A DNA stretch of 64,000 bases from Eledone cirrhosa (lineage: Eukaryota): positions 33,480,001-33,544,000 of the forward strand of contig OZ024746.1 in NCBI GenBank assembly GCA_964016885.1. The letters run 5' to 3'. A program made the position numbers and the translations under genes. Positions within the stretch are counted from its first letter, which is position 1. Each line of letters starts with the position of its first letter. Positions 52,583 through 64,000 of this stretch are shown one piece after another. The notes under the pieces were generated by a model that ran no database searches, was not told the origin of the DNA, and saw only the letters and a list, made by a program, of their open reading frames with translations.

Positions 52583-53689
52583 TGTTTGATATTCACACTT
52601 ATAATTATATATATATATATACACGTCTGTGTGTGTGTGTTTAATTATTTATATAAAATCTGACATTTATTTCATATATAAATGTTTAAATTTCCGCTCT
52701 CACCATCAGCACGATCAACATGTCCCTTCCAGTCACAACAACCACTTAAACATTACTAACCAGACAGCAACTGTAGAAATGTACAAATATTAAAACTAAC
52801 TTCCGGATAGAGAAATTAGCCAGACACCTATCTTACATTCGTGATTACTTCTTCGAATTGTATTCAGATTAATGGCGTTTACCTTCCCACATATAAATTA
52901 ATTAAAATGATATCAAGCTCGCTTGGTATTTAAATATGATTGACTGTCCAAAATAATAGAACATAATTCACACTAGCTCCATTTTATATTTTATGCTACA
53001 CTGCCACTACCGCGAAACTTTAGAATATGTGTATGACACTTCCCCGTAGAGATAGACAGCAATTAACAGACTGTAGTATGCAGCATAAAATACGTTACGG
53101 TAGTAATTGTACGTTTCTGCATCTACGTCGAATTTCCGCTGCAGACACTATTGCATTTCATTCTGTTATACTCGACAACATAAACTCCAAGTTCCAGGTA
53201 TCATATTGGCTGCAATCTTAGGAGGTCATAGAAGAAGCGTTAGTTGCATTTTCCGTTCAAATGTTGCTAGAGCCTTTATAGATAGTAGTCGTAATTTATC
53301 GCCCTGTTACACATAGCCTGGCTGTGCTTACCTCCTCTTGGAGTTCAATTCGCTACAATTTTTCGGAACAGATATTCAGTGTGATGAATAGATGTTTCCC
53401 CTACGGATTGAATAAATGTTATAAGGACACACATAACATAAGGATCACATGGTATATGTTTAAAGAGCAAGCTATCGGCACATAAACGGAAAAAACATGG
53501 TTCTATTAAAGGCAAATTCGCAACAACATTGCTATCTTTGCGGCGTCTGCTGCTATACGTTTTACTACTACTACTACTACTACTACTAGCCAATAAAGGC
53601 TTTGCACTAATACACGTAATACACTGCAGAGAGTATGACAATACTATAATATATATGTTATTTCTATTAATTATGAAAAATAATCCTTT

Positions 53690-53865
53690 CAAACTTTGGC
53701 CCCTAATCCCAGCCATTTAGAGGAAGAGAAATGTTGATTCTCTATCCCACCAGTGCTTAATTGCAAGTATTCTCTTCTCTTGGCTCTAGATGGATTTGAA
53801 CTCAGAATGTAAATGGACTTATCTAAATTCCATAAAACATTTTTTCCGACACTAATAATTCTGGC
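53690..53865 (-). mobile_element. Older degenerate SINE
   Basis: ggatttgaactcagaa B-box reverse complement and decayed body. Confidence 0.5.
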
Positions 53866-54055
53866 AATTGTTTCTCCTTTTGGCACAAGGCCAGCAATTA
53901 CCCAGTGATATTACTGGTACTTTATTTTATCGACCCTGTAAGGATGAAAGGCAAAGTTAACCTCGGCGGGATTTGAACTCAGACCGTAAAGGGACACAAC
54001 TATGCTGGAAAGCATGGCGTGCGACACTCTAAGGATTCTGCCAATTTACCGCCCT
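53866..54055 (-). mobile_element. CORE-type SINE, full length
   Basis: Reverse complement of 17825-18019, including the 5' end (ccgccct). Confidence 0.88.
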
Positions 54056-54249
54056 AGAAAAATAATGACTTAATGAATCAACTAGAGAATACATTCTCTA
54101 GTTAACGTTTTTAACTTCTGTGGCCAAAATTCTTCAACACCAACAACCTTGCCACATTTGAACTCTCATGCTCTTAACCTCCGAAAGATTAGTCATGACA
54201 CTCAGATACAATTCATGTACATCAGAAGATGCTTTCATGACTTCGTTTG

Positions 54250-55270
54250 GGAGATCAACATGTATTCTCTCCACATCGCAAAGCTGCAACCCGCTGAAGA
54301 GAGAAATAACACCAGACGCGTTCCTGGAAGCAGGTATAGTTGAGAACTTACTTTTACGAAGTCGGCGGATGATCTTCAAGCAAATTTATTTGCTGGCCTT
54401 CAGTCAGGTTCCAGTTTAAATCAAATGTTCTTCGATATCTTTACTGCCTCTGCTACGACGTTTTGCGCCGTTTTCGCCCGCACGTCTTTATTGCGATCCC
54501 GATGCCTCTGTACGAATGCCCCTAGTCAGTGATCTCAGATAGATAGGTGATTTTCGACATACATTTGATATGTTTGATGACAAGTACTGCATGGCTAGAT
54601 GGAAAATTCTGCTAAGACTGAGACACGTGTTCTCTCGAGGGAGCTTGCGCAGTGATCTCTACATGCGAGCGGAGTACAACTGAAACAGATGGATAGATAC
54701 AAGTAACTTGGGGACATGTTGATGTGTAATGGGAGGCAGGAGGCTAAATTAAATGTACGAATTGCAGGAATTGATTCAGAAATTTGCCAGCTTCAGCTTT
54801 CGGTAAACAGATGAATGGAGGCAGGTTTAAAAGCAACACGGTATCTTCAATCCGGAATTCCTGCCAACATTTATCTATGGTCATCAATCTTGTATAATGA
54901 GCAAAACAATACGACAGTGAATACACGCGACTGAAATGGCGTTCATCTGAAGTGGCTTTGGAGTAACGTTACTCGATTGAGTACATAACTCGATATCAAA
55001 GAGTTGTTCCGGGATGAGCCACGATTTATCCGAATTCAGAGATCATGGATCCAAAACTGCTGGAATGTGGTTAAAAGTTTCCAGGAAACAATAACTGGGC
55101 ATATTTTACGGGCAAACCTAACCGGTTGGAAACCCAGGGGTAGACTACAAGAAAGATATCGTCCATGAGTTCGGCTTGTCTTGCATGGGCATACAGCCGG
55201 AGCAATTGGAGACAGTTGCTTATGACATGACCCACTAAAATTAGTGTTTAAGAACTCTGCCCTGCGACCC
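54250..55270 (+). mobile_element. Old RTE-clade LINE relic
   Basis: gcgactgaaatggcgttc...ggagtaacgttactcgat matches the minus-strand relic near 33490; decayed KYLG-like region near 54700. Confidence 0.6.
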
Positions 55271-56099
55271 TCCCAGACGACGAAGAATAAGAATAAGAAT
55301 GGAATTAACACTTTGTAGTGTTTCTGTAATATAATTCGTAATTGCTTAATAGATGTTCCTCTACTACGTGTAATGGAATAACATATAGAGGCTTAATTTT
55401 AATTTTATATTAATACAGTGTTCAAATCGATCTCAGGGACAATGAAGTTGCACATTAAGTGTATAACACTTGAGAATAGCTACAATTGCTGGATGCTATA
55501 TAAAATCAAACAAACGGACAAATGAAATATAAAATGAAAATTCAGGAACTAGCTCCATTTAACAAAGAAAAAGCAAAGTTCATTGTCCAGAACAGATTTG
55601 AATGTATGAAGAGAAGATATGGTACATATTCTTAATATATTGTATTTCAGCTAAACATAATCCACTTCGACAACAAACACAAGATGTGGAACTTTGTAAG
55701 TACGAATAGGCTGAAATCAGAAAAAAAAATAATTGATGGAATGAGATAACAAATCCGATCATTGTTCAGAACATTCATAATACGTTGCATACCATTCTTC
55801 ATAGCCAAAGAATTAAAAGCAAAGGAGTTTGACATTTCAAACAAATAGTAAGAATTAAGGAAGAATTTATTTGTAAATGACCGAGAATAGTGAACTTAAA
55901 TTATATTTCAATCTTGAGAGAAATTATTTAAAATGTTAACGTTCTGACATACAGTCACCATCAAATAGACATGATGGGGTGTATTTAATAATATTAACAA
56001 TCTTTAAAATGAAATTTGATGCTGAAAAGAAATTCGTAACACATATATAAACAGATTACAATGATTCAAATCGCATATTTCTGCTAAATTTCTTAGAGG

Positions 56100-57000
56100 T
56101 TGACTGCATCGACATTGTAAACAATCAACTGGCTAACGTCATGCAATCTACATTGAATTGTTCTACACGTGATAGAGAAGGGATATTCCTGACGGACCAA
56201 GTGTTTGTTATGGAAATTTGATTTAAGTGGGCTATTTCGCATGTGTGAAACACATCTTGACTTTCTAGTATAAAGTGTGCGAAGGTGCAGCCAATATATA
56301 AACATGGATGTTGGTGACGAAAATATGGAGTGTTGATGCGAAAAGGGGGAAATATCTCATAAAACTGCCATGGATCTACCATCTGGGGACGGTTTGAGTA
56401 ATTCAGACACTTGACAAGGCATTGCTTGGACCAATATAACGCATATATATCAAGTCTAGAACACATTGAGATCAATCTACATACAAAAAGGTTGATTTTT
56501 GCTGTAAATACCTGGATTGTATACCTCATTCTGTACAATATTTCGAAGAATTCAGTCTTGGGTTGATGAGATGTACCTCAGAACAAGAAAAATGATGCAA
56601 ATTTATAAGGCATCCAAAAGCAATCATAAATAGGCTGTACAAGAAATTATCTCAGCTGGAGGAAGGGGTAGAAAGTTCTATATTATCTGTGAGGAGGGAG
56701 AGGAGAGAACATACTGACTACGTCAAAAATAACAACAATAAACAGTATGCCACAATAGTAAAGGGCCTAAAAAAGAGAAAGATGAGGATTGAAGAATAGT
56801 TTATCAGTCGAGTACCGCAAAGAAAATGGAACCAGATCTTTGATAGACGTTGCAGGTATACTTCGAAGGACAAACATCTGAAGTAGAGACTGTAATGCCT
56901 TGGGTAAGCTGCCTGATAGTGGGTTAAAATGGAGAGTTGTGCTCTTCTGATATTAGCCAAAACTAAAATTTGTATGAGAAATCGGCGAATAAATGACGTG
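56100..57000 (+). mobile_element. Possible ancient CR1/L2-like LINE 3' relic
   Basis: Decayed RPHLEY-like (atacctcattctgtac) and LEERR-like segments; weak support. Confidence 0.25.
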
Positions 57001-57753
57001 TAATATGCTGGCAGAAAAGGATATAAAATAATACATGGCAAGTTCTATATGTACATTCATTAGTACATGATCAAACTATATGGCTATACGTGTCTTGTAA
57101 ATAGTACCAGAATGATTAGAACTTGCGCCTAATGGCAAGGACACAGCCATGTTTGTAAGAGACATTTATATCCACGCTGACCTCATACCTGATCACAACC
57201 TGGCACTATATGTAAATAATATTCCAACAACAGTAGTGTGTTTACAAAATCGGTAAAACTCTCATATATTTCAGGCCTCGGTATATTGGGGTAAGACTGC
57301 TGATCATGAGCTATATCTCAGAAATCGATGTATAGATCACATTCATACTAATAGTGAGTCTACCGCGATATGATGACAGATTAGTTTACTTACACTGATA
57401 CGAATTGTATACAAATTAATCATTGCATACTGTTTGGTGGTCCATATTTTCAATCAGACTGGCGTGGGGTTATCGCCAATTAGTATCTTCAAAGAATATT
57501 TATTCTAACTCTGTAAAAGCGGGTTTGGTCATGTGAGAAGATATTTCAGTCTACATTTGTAAAATTAAGTATATCTGATCATGTAATCAAATATAGTTGA
57601 CAAGAAACGCGGGGAGTGTTCCGCATTTAAATTAAACGGCCTTATCTTTAAACATCAAATGGCGCAGAAAATGATAACCAGAGAAACAGAAATTTACATA
57701 TCATTAATCTACATATCATCATGATGCTATCGGTAATTCTACACACACGCGCG

Positions 57754-57796
<43 letters not shown>

Positions 57797-57916
57797 CCAC
57801 ACAAACACACACACACATATATATATATATATACATATGTATATAAATATATGTATATACATATATGTATATGTGTATAAATGTATATTCATATATATAT
57901 ATATATATGTGTATAT

Positions 57917-58173
57917 GCGTTGTCTTCTTGAGCAAGACAATCTATTTGACATTTGACCAGTTCACTCAGCTGTAGAAATGATTTGCGTCGACGCTTGTGC
58001 CAAGCTGTATCAGCCATTGTCTTTGCCTTTGACAATAGCGGTGGCATGTAGAGGGGAGACTGACATGTGTGGGCGACTGCTGGTCCACCATAATCTACTC
58101 TTGCCCTGATTTGTGTCTCGGAGGTAAACTTTCTAGGTGCAAAAACATGGTTATTACTGACCGATGAGGGCCT
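57917..58173 (+). mobile_element. Headless SINE body (second family) between (TA)n tracts
   Basis: cttgagcaagaca...ccagttcactcagctg body motif shared with 21100-21220. Confidence 0.5.
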
Positions 58174-58193
58174 TATATATGTATATGTATATG

Positions 58194-61755
<3,562 letters not shown>

Positions 61756-62118
61756 TATATATATATATATATATATATGATAATAATGGAGCTGCGGCGC
61801 TGCAAATGGGTTACATATGAAAAAGTTTGTCCTCATCAGTGGCCTTCCAACCGTCGTAGGCATTTCGTCGCTTTAAAGGCCATATACCTCAAGTTGGTGC
61901 GAGCAACGGCTAAAAAAAAGTCGTTGGGACACGTAAATAAAGGGGACGCTAGAGTAAACAAACAAAATGGTTTAAGCAGCAGAAAGTGATGAAGAAGGAA
62001 ACAAATCTCAGATTTCTATGAATATAAATTCGGTGGAATCGTGAACGAGAGAATAAAGACCATCAAACCTGGTTGAAATGTGAGCAAGGAAGGAATTTCG
62101 CACAGGTCTAACGGAAGG

Positions 62119-62608
62119 AAGAAGGGGTCTGGTCTGCGAATTCGGTAAACATAAGTTCTGTGAAGTCGCAGACGAGAGAGAGAGAAAAAAATTCATACCG
62201 GCTTGGCCAAGTGCCCGCGAGAAAAGGATTACGGACAGGTCAAACGGGAAGAAAGGGGAGGAGGAGAGGTAGTGACAGAGAGTGAGTGAGTGAAAGGTGA
62301 GGAAGAGGCTAACAGAGAGAGAGAGACTGCTAGAAAGGGTAAAGACACAAAGAACGAAACAGACTGGTTTGTTTCGTTCTTTGTGTCTTTTCCCTTTCTA
62401 GCAGTCTCTCTCTGTTAGCCTCTTCCTCACCTTTCACTCACTCACTCTCTGTCACTACCTCTCCTCCTCCCCTTTCTTCCCGTTTGACCTGTCCGTAATC
62501 CTTTTCTCGCGATCACATGGCCAAGCCGGTATGAATTTTTCTCTCTCTCTCTCGTCTGCGACTTCACAGAACTTATGTTTACCGAATTCGCAGACCAGAC
62601 CCCTTCTT
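62119..62608. repeat. About 245-bp-arm fold-back with a 2-nt loop
   Basis: aagaaggggtctggtctgcgaattcgg...gaaacagac tg gtttgtttc...ccgaattcgcagaccagaccccttctt. Confidence 0.92.
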
Positions 62609-64000
62609 GTCTCTGTCTCTGCCCATGCGATTGCGTATACGTTTCCTGTTTGGTGTATGTGTTAGTGTTTGAGTGTATGTGTTTTTGTGTTCTATTTTTG
62701 TTCACCGGTGTGTGTTTATATGTGTTTGTTGTTATTGTATTTGTGTATATATTTATTTATTTATATTTCCCTTATGTCAGTATTTATATATATATATATT
62801 CGCAAACGTGCCTGACTGCTTGTTTGCAAACGCATACTTTAAAACGATCTGCAGATTTCGAAACCTTTCATAAGTAAGTTAGATTTTTAAATTTTATATT
62901 TTATCTTTACAAAAATACTCTAAATAATAGGATATATAGGCACCCTTAACAGAAAAATCGCCATTCGAATCCCTCAAGTGCTAATGTCGTCGATATCTCC
63001 GTTAAAGTGTGCTTATATGCTCCAATACATAGATTACTCTCCTACAGACACATACTCTCGCCCATACATCAACATGTATATGAAATAAAAATTCAAGTCA
63101 TTAGAGATATACTTCACTGCTTTACAATCGTTTCTAGATGGTGATAATACGTTGTATCTATACTCAGTTATTGATCTATGTAAGATTACAAACTATCAGA
63201 TAGAGAAAATATTTACTTACATGCATATCACCAGCTGTTTTCAAAAGCAATAATAATTTTATTCAATAATAATAATCTTACTCAGAATTAGTAGCATGTT
63301 AGTACTATGTCCTTATTTGGAGGTAGTTGAAGAACTAACGAATCAAATTTTTTTTTTTTCATATGGTGTTAAGATGAAAAGAAATACACTTTTGAAAGGA
63401 ATGGATGAACGGTGTTAGTAGAAATGGCATAAAAACCTATGAGGTTGGGAGGGGATTATCAAACTGATAGTTGAATATATCTTGTATAGTGAATTCAAAA
63501 GGAATGTCAAAATAATTGGTGAGTAGTGTAGCATTGAGTTTTAAGGTGAATATAAATTAATGTTATGGCTAGGAAAGATAGTATATTAAAAGATGAAAGT
63601 TATAATAAGATAATGAGATATAGTAATGCGATAATATACAACTTAAACAACACAATATAGAACGGTGTGGTAAATTGCACTTAGTATAGTATAACATATT
63701 ATATGCTCTAACATATTACTAGGTATGTTTATTCATGAACACTCAAACTCAGATAAGTACTTGTTAGCATGGTTAAAACACATAAGTTTCATAGTCTACA
63801 AAGTGCAGTATATATAGAGAGAGGTACAGTTATATTGATATCTAACGATAATATACATAGGTACAATAGATGCAAACCTAAATACACATCCATACGCATG
63901 CATATACTCATATATATACATATCCATACATATCTATATCCACACATATACATCTATACCCCCATATATATATATACATATACACAAACACACACACACA

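Overview
This is eukaryotic, AT-rich, microsatellite-dense non-coding DNA with no recognisable host gene. The tRNA/CORE-type SINEs and the repeat landscape suggest an octopus or other cephalopod (inference). The window is a retroelement patchwork. It holds a near full-length but degraded Tx1/L1-type LINE (2782-8418) and a 5'-truncated RTE-type LINE (25502-28283). It also holds an intact 1130-aa RT plus restriction-like-endonuclease (Dong/R4-like) ORF (36566-39958), which heads a pile-up of SINE, Dong and Tx1 copies at (TAA)n. A young Penelope-like element with an open RT+GIY-YIG frame and a 1.1-kb inverted arm lies at 58306-61755. About ten SINE copies and several old LINE relics are scattered through the window. 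Four patterns stand out. (1) Elements partition by microsatellite: Dong-like, Tx1 and the SINE sit at TAA/TTA, while Penelope-like and RTE elements sit at TA. (2) A small (TA)n-embedded fold-back family carries what looks like half of a hammerhead ribozyme. (3) Flanking sequence is repeatedly mirrored across (TA)n tracts. (4) Inverted repeats are unusually dense at all scales. All identities and family assignments are by eye; no searches were run.
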